DNA from: Planctomycetota bacterium
GTDB lineage: Bacteria > Planctomycetota > Planctomycetia > Isosphaerales > Isosphaeraceae
Assembly (NCBI GenBank): GCA_028291545.1
Contig: JAQGHR010000040.1
Span: 96,589-160,588 of the forward strand
Length of the DNA stretch: 64,000 nucleotides
Direction: 5' to 3'
Positions 27,456 to 36,108 of the stretch are shown piece after piece (the first letter of the stretch is position 1; every line of letters begins with the position of its first letter). A program made the translations under genes and the position numbers. Below the pieces are notes generated by a model. That model was not told where the DNA came from. It worked only from the letters and a program-made list of their open reading frames with translations, and did no database searches.

Positions 27456-28172
27456 TCAAACCTGGACGACCTTCCTGCGACTCCAACCATAGCCCCCAAG
27501 GCCGATCAGGCCCCCGATCCCGGCCAAGGCGAGGCCCGAGGGCTCCGGAACCGGTCGGAGTTCCGTGCCCGTCGAGCCCGAAGTTCCCAAAGACGTCGGG
27601 TCGCTGAAACCCAGAAGTGTCCCCGTCGTGGCATAATTGTTCGGCCCAACCTGCGTCCATGTCGGGAAATCGGCGAGGTAGGTGGTGAAGAACGAAACGA
27701 TGGTCTGTGTCTGATTGCCCTGCAGGGCGGTGATCATATCTCCCTCGGTGAAATCCGGGAACAGCGTATCCCAGGACTTGTTATTCAGGAGGATGTCGGC
27801 CGCGACTGTGTTATCGAACATCAGGATAACGCCGATGCCACCCGGATCGCTGGCATTGGCGTATGTGCCGATCAGCGTTGAGTACTGTGTGTAAGCGGAG
27901 GGTTGGTTGGGAACCTCCTGAAGGAAGGACTGCATGTCCAGCGTGCCGGCGGGGATGTTCGCGAGTGATTGGGCCCAGGGGATCGAGAAGAAAGCCGGTA
28001 CGGGCGACACGGAACCCGGTGCCGCGTACGCGAAATACGGATTGTCGATCTCCACCGACGAAAGCGTCGTCACGCCAAAGGAGGCGTTGTACGTGATTAG
28101 ACTGGCCGTCGCTTGCCGTCCCGCTCCGAGCAGCAACGCCAGAACCGTCACCGACCTGATCAGCCGCTTCAT
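27456..28172 (-). CDS. PEP-CTERM sorting-domain secreted protein.
   Basis: Signal peptide MKRLIRSVTVLALLLGAG. C-terminus VPEPSGLALAGIGGLIGLGGYGWSRRK. Confidence 0.85.
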   Translation of the reverse strand: MKRLIRSVTVLALLLGAGRQATASLITYNASFGVTTLSSVEIDNPYFAYAAPGSVSPVPAFFSIPWAQSLANIPAGTLDMQSFLQEVPNQPSAYTQYSTLIGTYANASDPGGIGVILMFDNTVAADILLNNKSWDTLFPDFTEGDMITALQGNQTQTIVSFFTTYLADFPTWTQVGPNNYATTGTLLGFSDPTSLGTSGSTGTELRPVPEPSGLALAGIGGLIGLGGYGWSRRKVVQV

Positions 28173-28665
28173 ATCAGGATTCCTCCCTGTTCGTCATCGA
28201 ACTCGTTACCAGCACCGCGTCACCGTGCCGATTGAGAAATCCTTACGAATCCCTGCTCCATATGCAACGGTTTCCGCAAACCCTGGGGCATAATTACAAC
28301 GCGACATGTCAGCCCATCTCTCCTACTCTGCGCAAACTCTCGGAGCTCGTAATCCCAAAAATCTGTAGCCGCCGCGGTTGCCGCCGGCTTACCGGTGTCC
28401 GCCCCAGCGACTGCACATGGGTCAGAACAATTCGCCTGGGAGCACGCTACGGATGTGAGAGTCTACCGCCCGCCCAAGCATGGCGGCGTCTCGCCCCTTT
28501 GCTCACGAAGTCGATAAGGGCGCGGGTCTGTCCGTTCCCGTTGAAACTCTCACGCTTCGACCCGGCCATGAATCGAGCAAACGTCCGTGACACGCCATTT
28601 TCGGGCCCAAGACCTGGCGATTGAGAGGCGGACTCCACACGGATAAACTTCTTGAGATGCGTTCA

Positions 28666-28736
28666 AGCGGGTAGCGGGAATCGAACCCGCATGTCTAGCT
28701 TGGGAAGCTAGCGCTCTACCACTGAGCTATACCCGC
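28666..28736 (-). tRNA. tRNA-Gly (anticodon CCC).
   Basis: Minus-strand cloverleaf GCGGGTA-TA-GCTC-AGTGGTA-GAGC-G-CTAGC-TTCCCAA-GCTAG-ACAT-GCGGG-TTCGATT-CCCGC-TACCCGC-T. Confidence 0.9.
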
Positions 28737-28867
28737 ACTTTCCACGATTAGCGAAAGCGAACTCTTCAGAACGCCAAATCTGGCCACGACCGTCGCATTA
28801 TCCTCGATCAACTTAACACTTCATCGATCTCTTCCGCAAGTCTTATTGGAAGCGACCCAAACTTCAA

Positions 28868-29257
28868 TGACCGGGGTGGGGCTCGAACCCACGACCAACG
28901 GATTAACGTACTGCATCGGCTTTCACCGACCGCCCGCATTGAGAAAATTCGGGGCGTTGCGAGTCTGGACTCTCCCATCGCCATCGCAGGCGTACCGCGT
29001 CGAGTCTCTGAGGCTGGGACCGACGATCCGTCGGACCCTTGCCTGCTGATTGCCCAATCCCCTGCCTTTTCAAACCGTCACGCTTGCCGTTACCAGCGAC
29101 GTTGTGGTGGCAGGGGCTCTGAGGGGGTCCCAGCAAATTGCGGCATTCTCATCTCGCGGTTCTGTGATCTTCCCGCGAGAGGCTCCTATTCTTGAGCTCG
29201 GCGCGATCGCCAAGCTCGGGTTGAAGTCCGTTGCTCTACCGACTGAGCTACCCGGTC
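28868..29257 (-). tRNA. tRNA-Lys (anticodon UUU) gene split by an intron. Exons are 29257-29224 and 28906-28868.
   Basis: The two halves join to a canonical 73-nt tRNA: acceptor GACCGGG/CCCGGTC, anticodon stem ACGGA/TCCGT, loop CTTTTAA, variable TGGTC, T arm GTGGG-TTCGAGC-CCCAC, discriminator A. Confidence 0.8.
28907..29223 (-). ncRNA. Group I-like (IC3-like) intron, 317 nt, inserted between positions 34 and 35 of tRNA-Lys(UUU). It has no ORF.
   Basis: The 5' exon ends in U and the intron ends in G. It contains AGAGACUCGACG (compare the Azoarcus IC3 core AGAGACUAGACGG, recalled from memory), the CCCCUGCC/GGCAGGGG helix, and the GAAA-capped hairpin UCGGU-GAAA-GCCGA near the 3' end. Confidence 0.7.
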
Positions 29258-29540
29258 AGGGTCGGCGAGGTTATCGCCAGGGGCTTAGGATAAACTGCGG
29301 GAGTGCCTGGCGTCCAGACCCAGGACGGAATCGTGGTGGGTTCAGATCGGCGTCGCACCTGTTCCGCTGGACGTGAAAGAATTATTCAACATAACACTTG
29401 CCGCTCACCAAGGCAGGCGTTAGAGTCCCATTGGGATGGACTCCCGCGCGGCCGAGGCTCTCCCAGTGCGAGGGGAGGCGGGTCAATCCCGATCCAAGGC
29501 CCCCTCCGCGGGTCTTCCCGAAGTTCGAGAGGGGAAGGCG

Positions 29541-31973
29541 ATGGCACGTACGATCGGACTGGCTCTGCTGGCGATGACGATCGTCGCCAACGTGGCCGAG
29601 GCGGGCGAGCGTCCTCGCGTGTTTCCGACGAAAGCCCTGCTGCGTGGGCCGGATGCGGTTCAGCAGATCGCCATCGAGAGCCCGGATGACCGGGACCTGG
29701 CGGCGAAGACGATCTTCACCTCGTCCAACCCGACGGTGGCGAGCGTGGATGCCTCGGGGTTGATTACCGCGACAGGAGACGGGGGGGCGGTCGTGTCCGC
29801 CCGGGTCGGGACCGACGAGATCACGATCCCGGTCACCGTCCGGGATTTCGTGACGCCACCGCCGATCCACTTCACGAATCAGATCGTCCCGATCTTCACC
29901 AAGCTCGGCTGCAACTCGGGCGGATGCCACGGCAAGTCCGGCGGCCAGAATGGTTTCCGGCTGAGTTTGCTCGGGTTCGAGCCCGAACTTGATTACGAAA
30001 CGCTCGTGAACGAGGGCCGGGGGCGTCGCCTGTTCCCGGCGGCCCCGGAGCGCAGCCTCCTGCTGACCAAGGCCACGGCCAGAGTGCCGCACGGAGGGGG
30101 ACGGAAATTGGATCCCCGCTCGCACGAGGCGACCATCCTCTCGCGATGGATTGCATCCGGCATGCCCGTGGGACCGCCGGATGCCCCGAGCGTCTCGCGG
30201 ATTGAGATGTTTCCCGTCAGTCGCACAATGACGTCGGGCCAGCGACGGCAACTGGTGGTGACTGCGGTCTATTCGGACGGTTCCACCGAGGACGTCACGA
30301 GATTCGCCCAGTACCAATCCAACGAACCCGAGGTCGTCATCGTCGGAGAGGGCGGCCAGATCGAGGCCCGCACACTGGCCGGTCAAGCGGCGGTGATGGC
30401 GCGATATCAGGGGCAGGTCGCCGTCTTTCGCGCCACCGTCCCGTTCGGCACTGCGGCGGCCCAGCTCGATGCGTTCAAGCCGGTGAATTTCGTGGATGAA
30501 TTCGCGGCGAAGCGATGGAAGGCGCTGGGGATCACACCGTCGGAACCCTGCACGGACGCGGAGTTCATCCGTCGAACGAGCCTCGACATCGCCGGGACGA
30601 TGCCGACGAGCCAGGAGGTCCAGGCGTTCGTCGAGAGCAAGGAGGCCGGCAAGCGGCTTGGTCTCGTCAATCGTCTCCTCGATTCCCCGAATTACGCGTC
30701 CTTCTTCGCGACGAAATGGGGCGATGTACTTCGGAACAAACGCGAGGGGAACCCGCTTTTTCAGGCAAACACCTATCGATTTCACGACTGGATTCGCAAG
30801 AGCCTCGCCAACAATGTCCCATACGACCAGTTCGCCCGCGCCATCTTGACGGCCAGCGGATCGTCCGAGTCCTCGCCCCCCACGGCCTGGTATCGTCATC
30901 TGAAGACGCCCGAGCAGTTCGTGGACGACACGGCGCAGGTCTTCCTCGGCATGCGTCTCCAGTGCGCCCGCTGCCACCATCACCCGTTCGAGTCCTGGAG
31001 CCAGGACGACTACTTCGGGCTGGCGGCTTATTACGCGAAGGTCGGCAAGAAGCCTTCGCCGAACGGCCAGAAGTTGGGTCGCCAGGAGCAGGTCATTCAC
31101 CTCGCGCGGTCTGGCGAAGTCCTCCAGCCCAAGAGCGGGAAGAAGATGGCGCCGAAGCCTCCCGGCGGCCTGGCACCCGTGCTTGCACCGACCGACGACC
31201 CCCGGCGAGCGCTGGCCGACTGGATGTCGGACCCGAAGAATCCGTTCTTCGCGCGCGCCGTGGTCAATCGCTACTGGTCGCATTTTTTCGGGCGAGGGAT
31301 TTGCGAGCCGATTGATGACCTGCGGGTCACGAACCCTCCGACCGATCCGGAACTCCTCGACGCGCTGGCCGACCATTTCGTGAAGTGCGGTTACGATCTC
31401 AAAGCCCTGGTCCGCCTGATCTGCACGAGCCAGGTTTACGGCCTTTCGAGCATCCCGAATGACACGAACGCTCGTGACCGCCAGAGCTTTGCCCGCCACT
31501 ATCCCCGGCGCATGCCGGCGGAAGTATTGCTCGACGCGATCTCCCAGGTCACCGGCTCTCCCAGCGACTTCGCGGCCCTCCCCAAGGGCACCCGCGCCAT
31601 CGAGTTGCCCGACGAGTCGGTGAGCACGTCGTTCCTGGACAGCTTTGGCCGCCCGAAACGCGACACCGCCTGCGAATGCGAGCGCGTCACCGACGCGAGC
31701 CTGGGGCAAAGCCTGGTCCTGCTGAATTCCGCCGAGATCCAGCAAAAAGTCGCCAACGAGACCGGTCGAGCCGCGCTACTCGTCAAAGATACCAGGTCCG
31801 ACGCTCAAAAGGTCGACGACATCTTCTGGTCGGCACTCGCGAGGGCCCCCAGTTCCACCGAATCCGCGGTGGCAGTCGCCCACGTGAAGGCGAACAAGGA
31901 GACCCCGAGAAAAGCCTTCGAGGACATCCTCTGGGCGGTGGTCAATACCAAGGAATTTCAGTTCAACAAATAG
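29541..31973 (+). CDS. DUF1549/DUF1553 (PSCyt/PSD) domain protein with an N-terminal Big_2 Ig-like domain.
   Basis: Signal peptide MARTIGLALLAMTIVANVAEA with a GAGAGGGGAAGG RBS. IVPIFTKLGCNSGGCHGK, LQCARCHHHPFE, FGRPKRDTACECER. Confidence 0.9.
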   Translation: MARTIGLALLAMTIVANVAEAGERPRVFPTKALLRGPDAVQQIAIESPDDRDLAAKTIFTSSNPTVASVDASGLITATGDGGAVVSARVGTDEITIPVTVRDFVTPPPIHFTNQIVPIFTKLGCNSGGCHGKSGGQNGFRLSLLGFEPELDYETLVNEGRGRRLFPAAPERSLLLTKATARVPHGGGRKLDPRSHEATILSRWIASGMPVGPPDAPSVSRIEMFPVSRTMTSGQRRQLVVTAVYSDGSTEDVTRFAQYQSNEPEVVIVGEGGQIEARTLAGQAAVMARYQGQVAVFRATVPFGTAAAQLDAFKPVNFVDEFAAKRWKALGITPSEPCTDAEFIRRTSLDIAGTMPTSQEVQAFVESKEAGKRLGLVNRLLDSPNYASFFATKWGDVLRNKREGNPLFQANTYRFHDWIRKSLANNVPYDQFARAILTASGSSESSPPTAWYRHLKTPEQFVDDTAQVFLGMRLQCARCHHHPFESWSQDDYFGLAAYYAKVGKKPSPNGQKLGRQEQVIHLARSGEVLQPKSGKKMAPKPPGGLAPVLAPTDDPRRALADWMSDPKNPFFARAVVNRYWSHFFGRGICEPIDDLRVTNPPTDPELLDALADHFVKCGYDLKALVRLICTSQVYGLSSIPNDTNARDRQSFARHYPRRMPAEVLLDAISQVTGSPSDFAALPKGTRAIELPDESVSTSFLDSFGRPKRDTACECERVTDASLGQSLVLLNSAEIQQKVANETGRAALLVKDTRSDAQKVDDIFWSALARAPSSTESAVAVAHVKANKETPRKAFEDILWAVVNTKEFQFNK

Positions 31974-32054
31974 TCGTCAGGCTTACCGATGGGCACTCAA
32001 ATCAAGTGTGCCTACATATTAGAATCCTGACGACGGAACGCGGGAGACGCCCTC

Positions 32055-33416
32055 ATGCTGACCCTTCCCTGGCAACCGGTCCGAACGAGCGACGGCGTGA
32101 CTCGGCGAAGCGTGCTCAGGGCGGGCGTCCTCGGCCTGGCCGGGCTGAGCCTTCCCGAATTGCTGCGGTCACGGGCGGCGGCCGGCGCGGCGGCGGCCGA
32201 CGACATGTCGGTCATCCTGGTGTGGCTCGATGGCGGCCCGCCCCAGCACGAGACCTATGATCCCAAGCCGGAAGCGCCGGTGGAATTTCGCGGGCCGTTG
32301 AAGGCGATGAGTACCAGGGTACCGGGCATCCGCGTCTCGGAGCTGATGCCGGAACACGCGAGGATGATGGACAAGATCGCCCTGATCCGCTCGATGCATC
32401 ACGACAACGGCGACCATTTCGCCGCGGCGCACTGGATGCTCACGGGCTACCTCGGATCGACGTCCACGGACCTCAGCCCGCAGTATCCTTCGGCCGGTTC
32501 GGTGATCGCCAAGATCAAGGGGGCGAAGAGGCCGGGCATGCCGGCCTATGTGGGATTGCCCAATACGCACTCGGTCGGGCTCGTTCCCGGCTACCACGGC
32601 GGCGCGTACCTCGGCGTGGCCTACAACCCGTTCTCCGCCGACGGCGACCCGAACTCCGAGAGCTACGCCGTCCCCAACCTCGCAATTCCCGCAGGCGTCG
32701 ATCCCACGCGTCTGACCGGCCGCAAGGGGTTACTATCCGCGTTCGACACGTCGCGTCGCGACGTTGACGCGACGGGGCTCATGGACGGCCTGGACAAGTT
32801 CGGGCGCGAGGCGTTCGAGATGGTTAGCGGGCCCGCGGCCCGCGCGGCGTTCGACCTGACGAAGGAGAGCCCGCACCTCCGCGACCGATATGGGCGGAAT
32901 TCCTGGGGCCAGAGCGCGTTGATGGCTCGCCGTCTGGTCGAGGCAGGCGTCCGCTTCGTGACGCTCACCTACAGCGGGTGGGACATGCATTCGAGCATCG
33001 AGCGCTCGGTCCGTAATGCGGTCCCGATGGTCGATTCGGCCGTCGCCACGCTGGTGGACGACCTGCATGTCCGCGGACGGCTCGATTCGACCATCATCGT
33101 CGTGATGGGCGAGTTCGGCCGCACCCCCCGCATCAACACCGGCGGCGTCCCCGGCTCCGATCCCGTCCCCGGCCGCGACCACTGGGGTGACGTCATGAGC
33201 GTCATGATCGCCGGCGGCGGCATCCGGGGCGGCCAGGTCATCGGTTCCTCGAATTCGCGAGGCGAGGTCCCCAAGGACCGCCCCGTCCGTCCCCAGGACC
33301 TGATCGCCAGCCTCTATCGCAAGCTCGGCATCGACCCGGAAACCAGCTTCGACAACCGATCGGGACGCCCGATCACGATCGGCGGTTCCGGCAAGCCGAT
33401 CGATGAGCTATTCTGA
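32055..33416 (+). CDS. DUF1501 domain protein (sulfatase-like fold) with a Tat-type leader.
   Basis: TRRSVLRAGVLGLAGLSL. DGGPPQHETYDPKP, GEFGRTPRIN, RDHW motifs. Canonical partner of the preceding gene. Confidence 0.9.
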   Translation: MLTLPWQPVRTSDGVTRRSVLRAGVLGLAGLSLPELLRSRAAAGAAAADDMSVILVWLDGGPPQHETYDPKPEAPVEFRGPLKAMSTRVPGIRVSELMPEHARMMDKIALIRSMHHDNGDHFAAAHWMLTGYLGSTSTDLSPQYPSAGSVIAKIKGAKRPGMPAYVGLPNTHSVGLVPGYHGGAYLGVAYNPFSADGDPNSESYAVPNLAIPAGVDPTRLTGRKGLLSAFDTSRRDVDATGLMDGLDKFGREAFEMVSGPAARAAFDLTKESPHLRDRYGRNSWGQSALMARRLVEAGVRFVTLTYSGWDMHSSIERSVRNAVPMVDSAVATLVDDLHVRGRLDSTIIVVMGEFGRTPRINTGGVPGSDPVPGRDHWGDVMSVMIAGGGIRGGQVIGSSNSRGEVPKDRPVRPQDLIASLYRKLGIDPETSFDNRSGRPITIGGSGKPIDELF

Positions 33417-33788
33417 TCGCAGAGGCGTGTCCGCACACCCGTGCAGCACACGTCTGTCCTACAAATATGCGTAGCTCGCTCGGGAAACGAACCAGACCAG
33501 GTCGCCGCGGGCGACCCTGGTCGTCGTCGGCTCCGCGCGCCGAAGATGAGGGACCGTGCCAACCCGTAACGCCCCCGGGTCGGCTTGAGGCCGTCGACTC
33601 ACCTGGAGGTTGCGTTCGTTCCGGTCACGGGATTGCGCTCGATCCCGCGCCCAGGAACCCGTCAAGAAATCGCGTTCGGGCGGAGTGTGCAGGCTATTGC
33701 GAACCGTGACTCGCTGATATATTACCGAGTGGGAGAGTCGCGGCAGGGACAGGAATCCCTCCGGCCCCATCAGGCCCTCCAGGGAGAA

Positions 33789-34187
33789 ATGATGGAAAAC
33801 CGCATTCGCAAGTACTTCGGGCGCGATGACTCGGTTCCCTTTCCGGTCCAGCATGAAGACCTTCGTCTGGCCGTTCAAGACAGTATCTCCTTTCTTGGCA
33901 CGACCGGTACTCTTGAAGAACGCGCCTATCACTTCGACCCGACCGATGGCAACATCCCGGAACACTACCTCTATCACTTCTACCCGTCCGAGGGTAGCCG
34001 CGTCGTCTGCGATGTGTCCAACCTCACGGAAAGCCTCCCGGATACGGACCATTCCGAAGATGGTCAGCGAGTCCAGGTCCACGGTCCGGGCGACGGCTTC
34101 CCCGCCTACATCGAAATTCAGGGCGTCGACGCCGACATCGCTTACGAGGTCCACATCTACACCGGGCCGCTCCCCTTATGGGGATAG
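33789..34187 (+). CDS. Hypothetical protein (132 aa), no recognisable family.
   Basis: AGGGAG RBS upstream of ATG 33789. C-biased third codon positions. The antisense ORF 33459-34154 looks non-protein-like. Confidence 0.45.
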   Translation: MMENRIRKYFGRDDSVPFPVQHEDLRLAVQDSISFLGTTGTLEERAYHFDPTDGNIPEHYLYHFYPSEGSRVVCDVSNLTESLPDTDHSEDGQRVQVHGPGDGFPAYIEIQGVDADIAYEVHIYTGPLPLWG

Positions 34188-34373
34188 CATCCGGCCCCAA
34201 GGCTGTATCGTCAGGCGAATGGGCGGACCCGGATGGTCCGCTCTTGCGTTCTCGGACCAAGGCACCAAGGGCACGGACCTCAAGCGCTCGGAGGTCCCTT
34301 GTCCGGGATTGGGTCCTTATCGTTCGGCCCCCCGACCGCGACGACTTCTGGTCGGTGACGTCCTCGATGGTCC

Positions 34374-35228
34374 TTGAATTCGTCTCCGCGCTGGTGTCTG
34401 ATCTCACGCGACGGTACGGAACACTCACCAGGCAGACAAGGACCCACCGTGAGCTACTCTCTCGGCACGATCACCTACAACATCGCCAAGGACTGGGACC
34501 TCGACACAATCCTCAAGCGATTGGAAGCCTTGAAGATCCCGGGCGTCGAGCTGCGAACGAGCCACAAGCACGGGGTCGAGCTTACACTCTCGCCGACCGA
34601 GCGGCGTGAGGTCCGCAAGAAGTTCGAGGATTCGCCCGTCGATCTCGCGGGGATGGGCAGCGCGTTTGAATACCACGCCGCCGACCCGGCCGAGGTGCGC
34701 CGGAACATCGAGGGGACGAAAGCCTACGTCCGCCTGGCCCACGACATCGGATCGCCCGGTGTGAAGGTCCGCCCCAATGGGGTCCCGAAGGGCGAGGACC
34801 TCGATGTCGCGTTCCGTCGGATCGGCATGGCGCTCAATGAGGTCGGCAAGGACGCGCAGGACTACGGCGTCGAGATCCGCGTCGAGGTCCACGGCGCGAT
34901 CACCAGCGACGTCCCGAACCTCGCCAAGATCATCGCGTATGCCGACCAGCCCAATGTTTACGTGTGCTGGAACTCCAATCCCGGCGATGTGAAGAACGGC
35001 TCCGTGCGCGAGAACTTCGCCCTTGTCGCGAAGAAAATCCGCGAGGTGCATCTCCGCGATTTGACCGATGAATCCTATCCCTGGGTCGAGCTATTCAGGC
35101 TGCTCGACGGGATCGGATACAGCGGTTATACCCTGGCCGAGATCCCGGAAAGCCCGGACCCGATGCGCGTCCTGGCCTACTTCCGCTCCCTGTGGCTCGC
35201 GCAGTGTCAGCTCGCGCGGGTCAGATAG
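34374..35228 (+). CDS. Sugar phosphate isomerase/epimerase (xylose isomerase-like TIM barrel).
   Basis: ALKIPGVELR, VEVHG, YSGYTLAE patterns. An alternative GTG start at 34449 is possible. Confidence 0.8.
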   Translation: MNSSPRWCLISRDGTEHSPGRQGPTVSYSLGTITYNIAKDWDLDTILKRLEALKIPGVELRTSHKHGVELTLSPTERREVRKKFEDSPVDLAGMGSAFEYHAADPAEVRRNIEGTKAYVRLAHDIGSPGVKVRPNGVPKGEDLDVAFRRIGMALNEVGKDAQDYGVEIRVEVHGAITSDVPNLAKIIAYADQPNVYVCWNSNPGDVKNGSVRENFALVAKKIREVHLRDLTDESYPWVELFRLLDGIGYSGYTLAEIPESPDPMRVLAYFRSLWLAQCQLARVR

Positions 35229-35256
35229 ACACGGCACAGGGCGCCCGGCGTGGGAC

Positions 35257-36108
35257 CTACGCGAAGTAGCCGCATTTGCGGAGATGGTCCGCGCTTCGGC
35301 GCACCCGCTCGACCCGGGCATCGAGTCCGGGCTCCGACTCCCCTCCGATTCCTTCGATCTCCACGGTATACGGACCCGCAAAGCCCTCGCCGTCGAGGAT
35401 CTCGCGGATTCGCACGAAGTCGACCGAGCCCCCATCGCCCACGGCCGGGAAGTACCAGTCCTCGAACCCGCCTCGATTGTCCTTCACGTGGACGTTCCTG
35501 ACATACTTGGCCACCCGCTCCAGCTCGGCAACCGGATCGACGCCCCGATTGTAATATGCGATGTTGCCGGTATCGAAATTCAACCGAATGTTCGGATGAT
35601 CGAGTTCTCGCATCAGCGTCAGCATGGCTTCCGCGTTCTGGGTTGGCCCCTTGTGGGTTTCGAGCGCGATAGTCAGTTCCAGGGACCCCGCGAGATCCCC
35701 GAGTCGAGAGAGGTGGCGTAGCACGATCGCCCGTTCCGATGCGTCGGTGGGCTGGCCGGCTCCGGAAACGACGACCGCGACGCCGAACCAGCGTTTCGCG
35801 AACCGGATGCGGCGCTCGGTGAGCTCGACGCCCTCGATCGTGCGAATGTCGGCCCCGCCGACGTTGCAACCGCTCACGGACACGCCGCGCGACGCGAGCA
35901 AGTCACAGAAGGCGCGCGCGTCGGCATCGGTGGCCGACTCGGTGATTACGGCCGACTCGGGAATGACGAGCCCGCCGAAATTGTGGCCTCGAAGGGCCAG
36001 CTCAAGGTGGTCGAATCCGGCCTCCTTGACGCGTTCCGCCGCGGCCCGTACGCCGTCGGGTCCGAAACAGTTAGTGAACACGCTAAGAATTCGTCGCATC
36101 GTCCTCAT
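35257..36108 (-). CDS. Sugar phosphate isomerase/epimerase (xylose isomerase-like TIM barrel).
   Basis: FTNCFGPDGVRAAAERVKEAGFDHLEL, LALETH, NFDTGN, VHVKD. Confidence 0.8.
   Translation of the reverse strand: MRTMRRILSVFTNCFGPDGVRAAAERVKEAGFDHLELALRGHNFGGLVIPESAVITESATDADARAFCDLLASRGVSVSGCNVGGADIRTIEGVELTERRIRFAKRWFGVAVVVSGAGQPTDASERAIVLRHLSRLGDLAGSLELTIALETHKGPTQNAEAMLTLMRELDHPNIRLNFDTGNIAYYNRGVDPVAELERVAKYVRNVHVKDNRGGFEDWYFPAVGDGGSVDFVRIREILDGEGFAGPYTVEIEGIGGESEPGLDARVERVRRSADHLRKCGYFA

Noticed and set aside
28447-28638. Possible integrase remnant or integration scar next to tRNA-Gly (63-aa minus ORF).
   Set aside because: There are no recognisable integrase motifs, and I found no direct repeat of the tRNA 3' end nearby. 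The region more likely holds the promoter and leader of the PEP-CTERM gene.
28868-29257. Alternative identities for the split tRNA: Asn(GUU) with splice after U33, or a UCA suppressor/Sec-like loop CUUCAAA.
   Set aside because: For Asn, the intron would end in C rather than G, and the discriminator A fits Lys, not Asn. For UCA, the 5' exon would end in A, and the short variable arm and 7-bp acceptor are incompatible with tRNA-Sec. A genuine selC lies at 47620-47715.
29382-31745. 787-aa ORF on the minus strand.
   Set aside because: It is antisense to the DUF1549/DUF1553 gene, which has unmistakable family motifs. The product is low-complexity and Arg-rich.
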